From assembly GCF_004010195.1 (NCBI RefSeq), contig NC_057719.1:4889794-4948687 (forward strand): DNA of 58,894 nucleotides, in the 5' to 3' direction. The translations under genes and the position numbers were made by a program. Of this stretch, positions 36,180 through 48,370 are shown in pieces (positions within the stretch are counted from its first letter, which is position 1; every line of letters starts with the position of its first letter). A model generated the notes under the pieces. The model saw only the letters and a program-made list of their open reading frames with translations. It ran no database searches and was not told the origin of the DNA. Source of the stretch: Chiloscyllium plagiosum. Lineage: Eukaryota.

Positions 36180-36813
36180 TATTTGCTCGTGGGGCACTGG
36201 TCTCGCTGCTTGGGCCCAGCATTTACTACCCGTCTCTAGCTCCCCTTGAGAAGGTGGGGGTGAGCTGCATCCTTCAACCTCTGCAGTCCACCTGCTGTGG
36301 GTTGACCCACTACGCCCTTAGGGAGGAAATTCCAGGCATTTGTCACAGTGACACTGAAGGAACAGCGATATATTTCCAAGTCAGGATGGTGAGTTGTTTG
36401 GAGGGGAGCTTGCAGGGGGTGGTATCTCTGTATCTGCTACCCTTGTCCTTCTAGATGAAAGTGATTGTGGGTTTGGAAGATGCTGTATAAGGATCTTTGG
36501 TGAATTTCTGCAGTGCACCTCTTGGGTAGTACACACTGCTGCTACTGAGCGTCTGGAGGGAGGGGGAGTGAATGTGGTTGACTTACAGCCAGTAAAGTCA
36601 GGATGGTGAGTTGTTTGGAGGGGAGCTTGCAGGGGGTGGTATCTCTATGTATCTGCTACCCTTGTCCTTCTAGATGAAAGTGATTGTGGGTTTGGAAGAT
36701 GCTGGATAAGGATCTTTGGTGAATTTCTGCAGTGCACCTCTTAGGTAGTACACACTGCTGCTACTGAGCGTCGGGAGGGAGGGGGAGTGAATGTGGTTTA
36801 CTTACAGCCAGTA
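36180..36813 (-). mobile_element. LINE family 2 3' fragment containing a tandem duplication
   Basis: Shared 3' UTR; see the duplication feature. Confidence 0.8.
36378..36813. repeat. Direct tandem duplication, 217 + 219 bp
   Basis: AAGTCAGGATGGTGAG...CAGCCAGTA at 36378-36594 and 36595-36813; four substitutions and one 2-bp indel seen. Confidence 0.95.
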
Positions 36814-37044
36814 AAAGCAGTTTTCTAAGTTGAGCTTTGATTTTTTTTTGAACACTGACCTGATAAGGCTGTGCAATAGATGATGGGTCACATGTAAGGG
36901 ACTGTCATGTGCTGTTCCTGATGCTTGTCAGTGTAATATTGGTCTTGCACATGCTGGAGGAGGTGTTTGCAGCAGCTAGAGTAACAGTGTGTATCAATGT
37001 TGCCCGTGTGCAGTTGTTATAGACTCCATGCATAACTGGGCTGA

Positions 37045-37367
37045 GTGGGGCAGTGGTTAGCACTGCTACCTCTCAGCGCCAGGAACCCGGGATTGGTTCC
37101 AGCCTCGGGCAGCTGCCTGTTTGCACATTCTCCCAGTGTCTGTGTGGGTTTCCTCTGGGTGCTCCGGTTTCTTCTCCGTCCAATGATATGCAGATTAGGT
37201 GGATTGGCCAAGCTAAATTGCCCAGAGTGTTCAGGGACATGCAGGTTGGATGGATGAGTCAAAGGAAATAAAGGGTTACAGGGATGGGAGTGGGCCTGGG
37301 TGGGATTCCTCTTGGGGAGTCCCAATGGGCTGAATGGCCTGCTTCCACACTGTAAGGATTCTGATTC
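37045..37367 (+). mobile_element. HE1-type V-SINE
   Basis: CAGTGGTTAGCACTGCTACCTC head, V-domain, tail GGCCTGCTTCCACACTGTAAGGATTCT. Confidence 0.82.
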
Positions 37368-37462
37368 TGAGAGTGCAGTCTGTTTTTGGGTGGCTGGTTG
37401 CTGCTGGGTGGGATATGTTTGGAGGTAACCAGTTGTAGTACTTTGCGGTGTTTGCTACAATA

Positions 37463-38035
37463 AAGTGAGGACTTGAGATTAGAGTTGTGTGGTGCTAGTC
37501 AGGCAGCATCCGAGGAGCAGGAGCATCGATGTTTCAGGCATATTCCCCTCATCAGGAATGAGGCTTGTTGGCCGGGGGGACTCTGGGGAGGGTAGCTGGG
37601 AATATGATAGATAGATAGATGAAGGTGGCGGGGAAAGTGATTAGGGTGGAGCGGATGGGTGGGAAGGAAGATGGACAGGTCATGAGGGCAGTGCTGAGTC
37701 GGAAGGTTGGATCTGGGATAAGGTGGGGGGAGGGGAGATGAAGAAACTGGTGAAATCCACATTAATCTCGTGTGCTTGTAGGGTCCCAAGGCAGAAGCTG
37801 AGGTGTTCTTCCTCCAGCGGTTGGCTGGTTAGGGTTTGGTGATGGAGGAGACCCATGACCTGCCTGTACTTGGTGGTGTTAAAATGTTCAGTCACAAGGT
37901 GGTGGGGTTGGTTAGTGCGGGTGTCCCAGAGATGTTCTCTGTTCTCTGAAACTATCTGCAAGTTGGCGTCCTGCTCCCCGATGTAGAGGAGACCACATCG
38001 GGTGCGACAGATACAATAGATAAAGTGTGTGGAAG
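37463..38035 (-). mobile_element. Penelope-like element 3' fragment (GIY-YIG end, 3' UTR, hammerhead-bearing pLTR)
   Basis: Minus ORF REHLWDTRTNQP...LEEEHLSFCLGTLQAHEINVDF; minus ATTC-CTGATGA-GGGGAATATGCCT-GAAACATC-GAT. Confidence 0.87.
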
Positions 38036-38349
38036 TTTGTTACCTCTGGTTGTGGTACTCCGTAATAGTGGTGGAAGGAAGTTTGCTGTTACCTTTTGTC
38101 TTTGCTTTGTGTCAGGCTTATCTAGTAATTAATGATGGAAGATACACACCGTGTGGAGCATTGACAGATCGTGCATTGTTCTTGGCTAGCAAGAAGGTTT
38201 ATTACGTAAGAGTATAAAAGCATTTTGGTTAGGCATCACTAGGGCATAAGGAGCTAGTACAGTGACCTCTGTACTCCCTCTGAAAGCCGGTCAACTCCTT
38301 GTTTCCATTCACAGTCTGTGGCATCAGTAAAATGATGGGCCAATTCACT

Positions 38350-38500
38350 CAGTTCTGAAGAGTCACCAGACTCAATGTTAACTCTACTTTCTTCCCACGG
38401 ACGCTGCCAATCCGACTGAATTTTATTTTTTTTCTGATCTCCAGCTTCCTCAGACCTTTGTTTTATTTGAGCATTTCCAGCATTTTTTGTTTTTATTCAT
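38350..38500 (+). mobile_element. PLE-derived element (family C), decayed
   Basis: AGTT-CTGAAGA-GTCACCAGACTC-AATGTT-AACT followed by ...GACGCTGCCA...TCCAGCATTTTTTG. Confidence 0.6.
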
Positions 38501-40054
38501 ATTTTGATCACGTGTAAATGTTTGCTTTTTCTATCTGAGCAAGCGCATCTTTCATTTATCAACCAGAGTGCTGTCCTTTTCCGCACTTTCTCTTCAGCCT
38601 CAGAGTTTCTGACCCATGGTCAGTTGTGTGAGTATGTCAGCCATTCCTTCCGCATTGCCCTAAGTATTGATTTGTAGGGTGATTGAGTGCTCCTTTACTG
38701 TACGGCAGATCATACATTCAACCTCGACTCTTGTCTGTGCTTGAATTTGCATCTAAATTTTAATAGATCGTTATTCAAACCAGTGTGCTTCTAAGTAAGC
38801 AGTATAATGAATAGAATTGTCAGTATGTCCTATAGGTGTAAATATATATTCAAAATTGATGTTCTGCACTCTGCAGTCCTGGCTCCTGGATTACAACAAA
38901 CGCTTTCTGTCTAGATCTTGGATTAGCCATTCAGTCCCAGCTCCAAACATTTTTCCCTACCCCCTGACTCCACTCCAATGTTGCCCTCATGGCTGATCTG
39001 ATTTAACCTCAACTCTGCATTCCTGCGTAAGCCTGATAAACCACCATCCCTTTGCTCATCAAGAGTCTGTCTCTGTTTTAAATGGGTCCCCCTAACTCTT
39101 ACTTTCATTATATTTATTTTTAAGCTATTTGACCCCTCCTTCTAGATCCTCCCACAAGAGGAAGCATTCTTCCAATTCCCTTCGGGATCTTACATATTTT
39201 AATGAAGTCACTTCTGACTTGCCTCCCTTCCTGAGGATACCGGTCCAGCAGCTCCGTTTCGGCGATCCGGCCGGTAAACTTTCCGAGGTGGAAGCCGCAC
39301 TCCAGCTGGGATGTTCCGGACCAATGGGAAGGGTCTTGCTCACTGATCAGGGATCCTCAGTTCTGTCAGGGAGGCCTGAGTGCCTTTTAGATACTGAAAT
39401 GGTGAATGGTGGACCTTGCTGTTGGTTGAGCATGCCCCCAATTCCCCTTGTTTTGTGGCAGGAGTCCCATCTGCTGAGAGTTACCAGGTGGTCAGAGGGT
39501 GGGAGCAGTGCCCACTAGTGACCCTACACCTTCCCAAGACCCAAGAATTTCCTGCAAGTCCAGGCCAAAGTGGGGTAGAGATTACGGGTTGGAGTCATAG
39601 TGGTGGTGGGGAGTGGGTGGGACACTCCCTGTTGGGGGTGGGGGGCGTGGGACACTCCCCGTGGGGAGTAGGGGAGGGTTTTGGGGGGGTGCGACATGCC
39701 CTCTGGGGTGATAGGGGAGGGTTCGACGGGCAGGAGTGGGGATATTTCAGTAACTATTCTCTTGACAGGATTTGTCAGGCATCTCTCTGAGGGTTAGCTT
39801 TGGGTAAGACCTGTGGGCCCCTTCCACAGGACCAGAACTGAATCGAGGCGGCTTCAAGATCAATGGTGTCAATTGGCTCTTAAATCCACCCGAATTGTGA
39901 GAGGGTTTGCTGCTCTTGGGAGTCAGACGAGGGCTCGCTCACACAGCTGACGCCCAATTGCCATCTTTTCTGTCACAGTGGCTACATAGAATCCAGCCCA
40001 GTCCTTCAGCTGAGGCCAAACCAGGGGTTATGTAAATATTTGATGTATCCTGTA

Positions 40055-40480
40055 ATAAAAGGAAAATGCTGTGGATGCTGGAAGTCTGAAACACTGGAGA
40101 AACTCAGCAGGTCTGGCAGCGTTGGTGGAGAGAGAAGCAGAAATAACATCTCCTGGTCCAGTGATCTCTCAAGTGAGTGGCAAGGTTTTTACATAGAGCG
40201 GTAGGACTCTGGTACCAGGGGTAGTTGTGGAGGCAGGTACAATAAGGGCATTTATTCATGTGCTTTTAGATAAGCACATGAATATGCAAGGAATGGAGGA
40301 ATATGGGCCAAGGGCAGGCAGAAGGGATTAGTTTAAGTTGACGCCATGTTCGGTACAGTATCATGGGCCCAAGGGCCTGTTCCTGTGCTATGAGTTAGGT
40401 CAAAACATTAGCTGTTTCTCTCTCCCTCTCCACAGATGCTGCCAGACCTGCTGAGTTTCTCTAGCATTCTGTGTTTGTTT
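40055..40480. mobile_element. Family C palindromic element split by a CR1 3' insertion (about 40172-40395, + strand)
   Basis: Left arm GAGAAACTCAGCAGGTCTGGCAGC and right arm GCTGCCAGACCTGCTGAGTTTCTC flank a CR1 tail. Confidence 0.72.
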
Positions 40481-41431
40481 AATATAGCCTCCTTGCTTTT
40501 GTAACCTAAGCTGAGAGTAAAGCCGAGAATCCTGTGCGTGCTGTGCAACAGTCTTATCGACTGTTCATGCTAGCTTCAAAGCCAGAGTCTATCGCAATAG
40601 AATTTTTTTTTCTTAATAACTGTACACCACACATTTTTTCCAAGCAGCCAGCATGGGAATATTTTAAATGCTTCTGCTATATTTATATCCCGTGCCGTCT
40701 CTTTACCCAACACTGAAGTCTTGTCTGGTTGAAAGGAGGATTGTATGCTACAGCAGACCTATCCATAGCAACACTGTTGATACCAATCTTTGGGAACTTG
40801 GCAGCTTTACTCAGTTGAAATGACTAACCAGTGCTATGCTAACCAGTACTGAATGAGGCAAGGTCCTACAAACAGCAGGGTAATAACATGGCGATGAACG
40901 TTCTCTTAACAAAGTTGATTATAGGGTAATTCTTGTCCACTACATCAGGGCAATTACCCATGCTCATTGAAGGTTGCCCCACAGGATCTCTTCCGTCCCT
41001 GTGGATGGGCAGGTGGATCCTCAGTTTACCCAAAAGATGGAAACTCTAATAGCGCAGGACCTCTCTCAGTAATACCTGTCAGTGTAGATTTGGTGTTGAC
41101 CTTGTGCGTTTGAATCAGGCTGTATATGTTGACTGTGCAGTTTGTCTCATGGTGGAGAGTGCACCTTACAGTAGCTGTTGGAGGAGGAGGAGGAATAAAC
41201 CAGAGGGTAGTCGTAATTGGATTATTAATTCCAGATTTCCATTGAATTCATATTCCACCATTGTCAGTGGTGGCAGGATTCCAACCCGGGTCCCCAGAAC
41301 ACTACCTGAGTCTCTGGATCATTTTGCCTAGTGGTTTTATCACTAGACTATCACCCACGCCACCCTTTGGAAAACCATAATTGTATCGCCCACATCCACA
41401 CCCTTGGGCAGTAAATCCCAGATTCTAACTA

Positions 41432-41958
41432 TTCTGGGACAGCCGCACCAATCAACCACACCGCCCTGTGGCCCAACATTTCAACTCCCCCTCCCACTCG
41501 GCGGAGGACATGGGCCTCCTTCACCATCGCTCCCTCACCACCCGACCCCTGGAGGAAGAACGCCTCATCTTCCACCTCGGAACACTTCAACCCCGGGGCA
41601 TCAATGTGGACTTCACCAGTTTCCTCATTTTCCCCTTCCCCTACCTCACCCTAGTTCCAAACTTCCAGCTCAGCACCGTCCCCATGACTTGTCCTACCTG
41701 CCTATCTTCCTTCCCACCTATCCAGTCCACCCTCCTCTCTGACCAGTCACCTCCATCCCCACCCCCATCCACATATGCTACTTTCTCCCCACCCCCACCC
41801 TCCTCGGCACCCTGCCTCTATCCCTGATGAAGGGCTTTTGCCCGAAATGTCGATTTTCCTGCTCCTCGGATGCTGCTTGACCTGCTGTGCTTTTCCAGCA
41901 CCACTCTAATCGAGACTCTGGTTTCCAGCATCTGCAGCCCTTGTTTTTACCTTTTTAA
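41432..41958 (+). mobile_element. Penelope-like element 3' fragment (GIY-YIG end, 3' UTR, pLTR)
   Basis: ORF AQHFNSPSHSAEDMGLLHHRSLTTRPLEEERLIFHLGTLQPRGINVDF; possible TSD TCTAACTA at 41424-41431 and 41959-41966. Confidence 0.88.
41820..41855 (+). ncRNA. Minimal type-I hammerhead ribozyme motif in a PLE pLTR
   Basis: CTGATGA(41824-30)-A-GGGC-TTTT-GCCC-GAAATGTC-GATT; core intact, ACGT palindrome decayed to ATGT, helix I weak. Confidence 0.65.
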
Positions 41959-42289
41959 TCTAACTACTTGCTGTCTAACTACTGCTTCTACCCATGTTAC
42001 TGTTGATCCAACAACACTGCACTCCACCCCCCCCCCCCCGCCCTCCCCCAACCCACATACCCCTCTCTCGGCAGAGCCAACCCCCACTTCCTCCACCATC
42101 GCTAAACTATAGCCTCCGTCTCTCCACAACCTGGAACTTGCTGGTGGGTGTAGTACCAGTATCAGCCACTGCTTTCCAGGTAGCAGTGCTGAGTACGGAA
42201 GCTGCTATTGATGGGACTTCCACCTGTCTGAATGGCATGTGACTGAGTAAATGTTCTGGAGACTTGGTTTCAGATCTCACTGTGGCATC

Positions 42290-42480
42290 TCTAGTTGCAC
42301 TTGAGAAGGGGTGGTGAGCTGCCTTCTTGAACCCTTGAATTGGTTCAGATAGTGCCCTGTTGCTGGTTTTGGGGTGGGGGGTGTGGAGGAATTTCCAGGA
42401 TTCTGACCCAATGATATTGAAGGACTGGTAATACATTTCTGTATCATGCTGGTGGGTGGCTTGGAGGGAACTTGCAAACA
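42290..42480 (-). mobile_element. LINE family 2 3' tail
   Basis: TTGAGAAGGGGTGGTGAGCTGCCTTCTTGAAC...CCAGGATTCTGACCCA. Confidence 0.7.
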
Positions 42481-43140
42481 TTCTGTGACCTCCTAAGCGA
42501 GCTTTAATGTTTCTGTCTGGCTGATTAGATTGATTTGTACTGCGATTTCCACTGCGCTGTGCAGAGGGATGTTTATGCCCCTTTGACCATATTGTGACAC
42601 CCTGCACTGTTATTTTATGGTTTCTAATTCTCATTTGTACACAATGGATCGCTCAGTTTTCTCGGTGCATTGCACTTAATTTAATCAGTTTGTCAGAAGT
42701 AACTCATTGCTTCAAATGAATTCACTTCAGTCCTGGAATGTAAATGTGTGTTGAAAATTTTAAAAGTGCGTTTTAAATCTGCCTCCTGTGGTTTAATGTA
42801 GTTAACTTGGCAAATTTCCCCGTTCTCTACCTCTTAGCTTTTTGCTTGTCCCAGATTGAATCATCACCAAGTGTGTTTTTATAGAAACCCCAGCCATGTC
42901 TAATTGTGTACGAGGTGATCGGGCCTGAGGGCTTGCTGTGATTTAGTAATGTGAAATGCTGGCTGTGTGCAATTGTCATGCTTGAACTGTGGAAAGCGGC
43001 CAGGAGTACACTTCTGGGCCCGGTCCTCCATTGTTCAATTATGTTAATGTCACACAGTAGCCGCTGCTTTGACCTGATGCTGCTGGTTGTTTCCTGGTGC
43101 TGTGCAAATCCCATCGTTCTGTTACTAACTTTGCACTAAA

Positions 43141-43314
43141 TCAGAAGTCACGTGACACCTGGTCATAGTCCAACAGGTTTATTTGAAATCACAAGCTTTA
43201 GGAGCACTGCTCCTTTTGCCAGGGGAAGTGCAACCTGATGAAGTTCTGTGTTCAGAAAGCTTGTGATTTCAAATAAAACCGTTGGTCTGTAACCTCATGT
43301 CATGTGACCTCTGA
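43141..43314. mobile_element. PLE-derived palindromic element (family B) with hammerhead motifs
   Basis: Arms TCAGAAGTCACGTGACA...GGTTTATTTGAAATCACAAGCTTT / AAAGCTTGTGATTTCAAATAAAACC...TGTCATGTGACCTCTGA; AC-CTGATGA(43235-41)...GAAAGCTT-GT. Confidence 0.78.
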
Positions 43315-43382
43315 CTAATTTCTCTTCAGAAATGCTGCCAGACCTGCTGAGCTTTTCCAGCATTTGTTTTTGTCTTTGTCTC

Positions 43383-43685
43383 TGGGGTCACTGGTTCAAA
43401 TCCCAGTTGGCAGAATTGAATCCATGAGTAAATCAGGGAGAGAATGCTGATCCTCAAAATGGCGACTGTGAAGACTGTCATCGTTTGTTATAAAAAGCCA
43501 TCTTGTTGACTAATGTTCTTTAGGGAAGGAAATCTGTCTTCCTTACCTGGTCTGGCCGACTGACTCCAGACCCACAATAGAGGTTAACCTCGAACTGCCC
43601 TCAGCAATGGCTGTTCCGTTCCAACGCAATTAAGGAACAGCAACGAATGCTGGATTTGCCAGTGACTCCCACATCCCATTGGAAC
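43383..43685 (+). mobile_element. tRNA-type SINE family 2
   Basis: B box GGTTCAAATCC; TAGGGAAGGAAATCTG core; LINE family 2 tail GCCAGTGACTCCCACATCCC. Confidence 0.7.
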
Positions 43686-44145
43686 AATGGGGAATAAATT
43701 TAGATCACAGCCGAACATGGGAGAAGTGTATTTGGACGTGAAACTTTATCTCTATTTCTCTTTCCGTGGACCCTTCTGAATTTCTTCACTACTTGTTTCT
43801 AACTTCAGATTTCCAGCATCTGTGGTAATGTGTTTTTTCTGAAATCCTGGCTGATTTGTACTTCAACTTCAATTATCTCCTTTCTATTCCAGTCACTTTC
43901 TGTTGTTACCCAGCAAAACATCTATTGCTCTTGGTCTTAAACTCCAATTGCCTCTCTTTTTTTGGAGAGTTTCAAATCTCCACAACCCCTTTTGTATGAG
44001 GAAGGTCACCATGGCTTGACCCCTGAACGGGTTGATTTTAGATTGATGTCCCTTATGATTGTGAAGCCCAGTTGACCCTTTTTAATCTTGGCATCATTCT
44101 GGTAAATCTGCACTCTATCCCTAAAGCTAAAACGATCACCTCCCC

Positions 44146-44365
44146 TCATCATCATTGGCAGTCCGTTTGAGACCATGATCTGACTGTTCCACTCTCTGGG
44201 TGAGTCTGTAGGTGGCTATACAGACCGATGGGGCTGGGGCAGGTGGTGCTCGCAGGAAGGGGGTGAGTGGGATGTTGGTGTGGGCAGCTCACTCCTTTTG
44301 CTGTTTTCCTCTGGCTTCAATTTTTTTTCCCCACCGACAGGTGCTCAATACCTTCCCAGATGCTA
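44146..44365 (-). mobile_element. RTE-clade LINE 3' relic
   Basis: Minus strand encodes IGLYSHLQTH (RTE C-terminal motif) and ends in a (GAT)n tail. Confidence 0.65.
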
Positions 44366-45354
44366 GTGCTCTTGGGATTGGCCTGCCGTTTTGGAGTGGG
44401 TGTAGAGCATCTATCACCTTACTCAAGTGTGGGAACAGGCAGCAATATTGTACCTTATTATTAATATCGATACAGGATATATATGGGATTGTTTTTTGTT
44501 CAATGGGAAGTAACAGCCAGAGTCAGAGAGACACAGGAATGGAATCCATTCTAATTATTATTAGATTAACACTAGGATGTGGCCTAACTTCTACATAACC
44601 TTTTTTAAAAAACGAAGTGTTGTCTGTTATGGAAATTCTCTAAACCATATTTAAACCTGTGGATTCGAAACACAGTGATTGGACCTTTCTGCCATTGGCA
44701 TAATATTAGGCGATTTCTCACGAACCACCTTTTTTAAAGCAGGCAGCTGCGTCGCAAGGAACTTCTTGACAAACATTCGCTCGCATTTGGCTGATGAGGA
44801 GGAACCCCAAGTACCCGCATCCCACCTCCACATCTCCTCCCCTTGGTTGTCTTCGCTTGAATAAAGGCCAAGGCTATAATATTGAACAACAGGACCACAA
44901 GGCAGCTGACCTCTCCCCTCCTCCACTCCCCCTCACTCATTCCTTTTATTAAATTAAATATGAGCCTGGGAGCAGCACGTTGATGAAACATTAAATTCCT
45001 TTTGTACCTCCATTTAATCAGATTCATTAACTGTTGGACACTGGCAAGCAGTCTGTTACCAAAGAACGAATGTCAGATAGGCTTTCTTTTACACATTTTA
45101 TGCTAGTTTTTACTGGGCGGCAATCCACTGTTTAATATCCACGAAGTTGGTGTTTTGTGTGTACAAGTCCCGAAGTCGGGTTTGAACCCACAGCCTTCAG
45201 ACTCTGAGGTAACAGTGCTGCCCAGTAACTCAGAATAGCATTACAAGATGTTTGTTTTGAAAATCGCATGTAAATACCAAAGTTAAAAGGGTTACCTGAG
45301 TTTTAAGAGCAAAGGGAAATGACCTTAAAATTAGATTATTTAGAGGTTTTTGTA

Positions 45355-46420
45355 TTCATCATGGAATGGGAGTGTCACTGGCTGGGCCCAACATTTGTAA
45401 CCCGTCCGTAGTTACCTCCTTGAGAAGGTGGGGATGAGCTACCTTCTTCAACTGCTGCAGTCCATGTGCTGTGGGTTGACCCACAATGCCCTGAGAGAGG
45501 GAGTTCCAGGATTTTGACTCAGTGACAATGGAGGAACGGTGATTTATTTCCAAATCGGGATGGTGAGCGGCTCGGAGGGGAAACTTGCAGTTGATGGTGT
45601 TCCAATGTATCGGCTGCCCTCTGTGAATTTCTGCAGTGCATCTTGTAGATGGTGTACACTGCTGTTACTGAGCGTTGATGGTAGAGGGATGCTGTTTGTG
45701 GATGCATTGTCCATCAAGCTGGGCTTTGCTCTGGATGGTGTGAAGTTTCTTGAGTTTTGTTGGAGCTGCACTCCTCTCGGCAAGTAGGCATCATTCCATC
45801 AGATTCATGACTTGGGCAATGTAGATAGAGGACAGGCTTTGGGGAGTTATTTGCTGCAGTGTTCCTAACCTCTGACCTGATCTTGCAGTCACTGTGTTTA
45901 TGTAGTGAGTCCAGTTGAGTTTCTGGTCTATGGTATTACCCACAATATTGACAGTAGGAGACTCCATGATGGTAATATTGTTGAATGTCAAGGTGGGGTG
46001 GTTAGATCCTCTCTCATAGGAGAGGGTCATCGCCTAGCATTTGTGTGCCATGAGTGTTCCTTGCCACTTGTCAGCCCAATCTTGGATATTGTCCAGATCT
46101 TGTTGTGTTTGGACACAGACTGCTTCAGTGTCTGAGCAGTCACAAATGGAGCTGAACATCCCACTTCTGACCTTATGATGGAGGGAAGGCCATTGATGAA
46201 GCAGCTGAAGATGGTTAGGGCTAGGGCACTACCCTGAGGAACTCATGCAGAGATGTCCTGGAGCTGAGATGCCTGACCTCCAACAACTACAACCATCTTC
46301 CTATGTCCCAGATATGACTGCACCCAGCTGTGGGTTTGCCTCTTTGTTCCCATTGTTTCCAGTTTTGCTCGGGCTCCTTGGCACCACACTCAGTCAAATG
46401 CTGCCTTCATGTGCAGGGCA
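45355..46420 (-). mobile_element. LINE family 2 (CR1/L2 group), about 1 kb ORF2 3' part plus UTR
   Basis: Minus ORF LTFNNITIMESPTVNIVGNTIDQKLNWTHYINTV...PQSLSSIYIAQVMNLME; RT motif QGSALALTIFSCFINGLPSIIRSEVGMFS. Confidence 0.85.
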
Positions 46421-46821
46421 GTCGAAGAACAAAAAGGTGACGTCAGGAAACACTCAATCACATAAAGAATAGTGGAAATGAGGCACTGACTTTTGAATCG
46501 TGGATCATGGAGAAAAAGTGATTAGATTTTTGGGTAAGTGAATTAGAGAGTGGGGTAAAAGGCTGATAGATTAAGCTGAGGGACAGATCAGTCAACATAG
46601 TGGGTTTGTAGCCCATACTCTGGGCTGAATTCTTTATGCTAACGGGAATACTGATCAAGGTGTTGACTGGGGATTCGGGAGATTAACTCATTTCAGTAAG
46701 AACTTTTCCATCTTGAAGCAGAGCACATCCCACACAAACCCATTTCATTCCAGTTGAGACTTCACTTATTTTCGGGAAGAATTTCCTGACATCTGACTAT
46801 CAATCTGGTGTCCTGTCAACC

Positions 46822-47105
46822 TAAGACCACAGCCGTAGGAGCAGAAGAAGGCCATTCAGCCCGTTAAGTCTGCTTCACTCTTCAATGAGATCGCGGCTGA
46901 TCTGATCATCTTCAGTTCCACTCTCCTGCCATTTCCCCAGAACCCTTGATTCCCTTACTGATGATCCACCTATCACAGCCTTGAACATACTTAATGACCC
47001 AGCCTATTCAGCCCCTCTGGTAAAGAATCCATGGATTAATTATCCTCTGAAAGAAGAAAGTTGTCATCTGTTTTAAATGTATGCTCGCTTTATTCTGAGA
47101 TTCTG
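46822..47105 (-). mobile_element. CR1 3' tail
   Basis: TAGGAGCAGAAGAAGGCCATTCAGCCC...GAGATCGCGGCTGATCTG. Confidence 0.65.
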
Positions 47106-47596
47106 ATAGTGCTAGTTTCAGATTAGTCTGAAGTACATGGACTGTATGGGAAAGAAAGGGTACCCTCTTGGTCCAAATGTTTATACACCACATAAAAGCA
47201 GTGTTTAACATCTGTCTTTTTCCTCAGCCATTTGTCTTCACCCCTTGTAAAAACCTGAACAGCTGGAGATTTTACAACCTTGTCACTCAATCCCTTTCCA
47301 TTGACAATCGGAACATTTGTTGGAAGAGTTAAACGGTGAGAATGGCTGTGTTTTAATTAACACCCGCTCAATCAACCAGGCAGTGACAAGGAAAGCTGGT
47401 GGCTATATAACATGGTTTTGCTGTTGCTTAAAAGGGTTCAACTATCTGAAAGCATCAATATTGGTGCTTTTGTGGCTGAATCAATTATTTTAAATATTGA
47501 TATAAGACTTTAAAAATCCAGGCATAAGCACTGGAGAAAAAAAACACAGAAATGGCAAACATAGCTTTAGGAAAAGGACTTACTATAGTTTACAAT

Positions 47597-48370
47597 ACAT
47601 ATCCCTCTTAAACCCTTGCTATTCATATACCCATCCCGATTCATTTTAAATGTTGTAATTTTATCACCCTCCACTACCTCTCTCCATACACGCACCACCC
47701 AATACATGAAAAGGTTACCCCTTCGGTCCCTTTTAAGGGTCCCCCAGTGCACCATGGTGGCTCGGTGGTTAGTACTGCTACCTCACAACGCCAGGGACCC
47801 GGATTCGATTCCAGTCTCTGGCGAATGTCTGGAGTTTGCACGTTCTCCCAGTGTCTGCATGTGTTTCCTCTAGGTGCTCTGGTTTCCTCCCACAGTCCAA
47901 AGATGTGCAGATTGGGGTTGATTGGCCATGCTAAATTGCCCATAGCGTTCAGGAATGTGCAGACTTCCTTCCCTAAAGGGCACGAGTGAACCAGGTAGAT
48001 TTTTATGACAATTGATGTTAATTTCATGGACATTGTTACTGAGGTTTGCTTTCAATACCAGATTTACTAATTGAAATCAAATTCCTGCAGCTACCATGGT
48101 GGGATTTGAAACTGATGTCCCCAAAGCATTAGAAAAAAACTGAAAAAGACTGCGGAGGCAGAATTTATTCACTCATGCAGTTTGGGCATCGCTGGCCTAG
48201 CCAGCGTTTGTTGTCCCTCCCTAATTGTCCCTTGTGAAGATGGTGAGCTACCTTGAACCGCTGCAGTCCATGTACTGTAGGTTGACCCACGATGCCCTTA
48301 GGGAACCACTTCCTGGATTTTGACCCAGTGACACTGAAGGAACGGAGATTATATTTCCAAGTTGGGACGT
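47597..48370. mobile_element. Repeat cluster: CR1 (-, about 47597-47740), HE1 SINE (+, about 47750-47960), SINE family 2 (-, about 47961-48130), LINE family 2 tail (-, about 48165-48370)
   Basis: Each block matches other copies of its family in the window. Confidence 0.75.

Noticed and set aside
42107..42634. 175-aa minus ORF
   Set aside because: Runs through a LINE 3' UTR; chance ORF.
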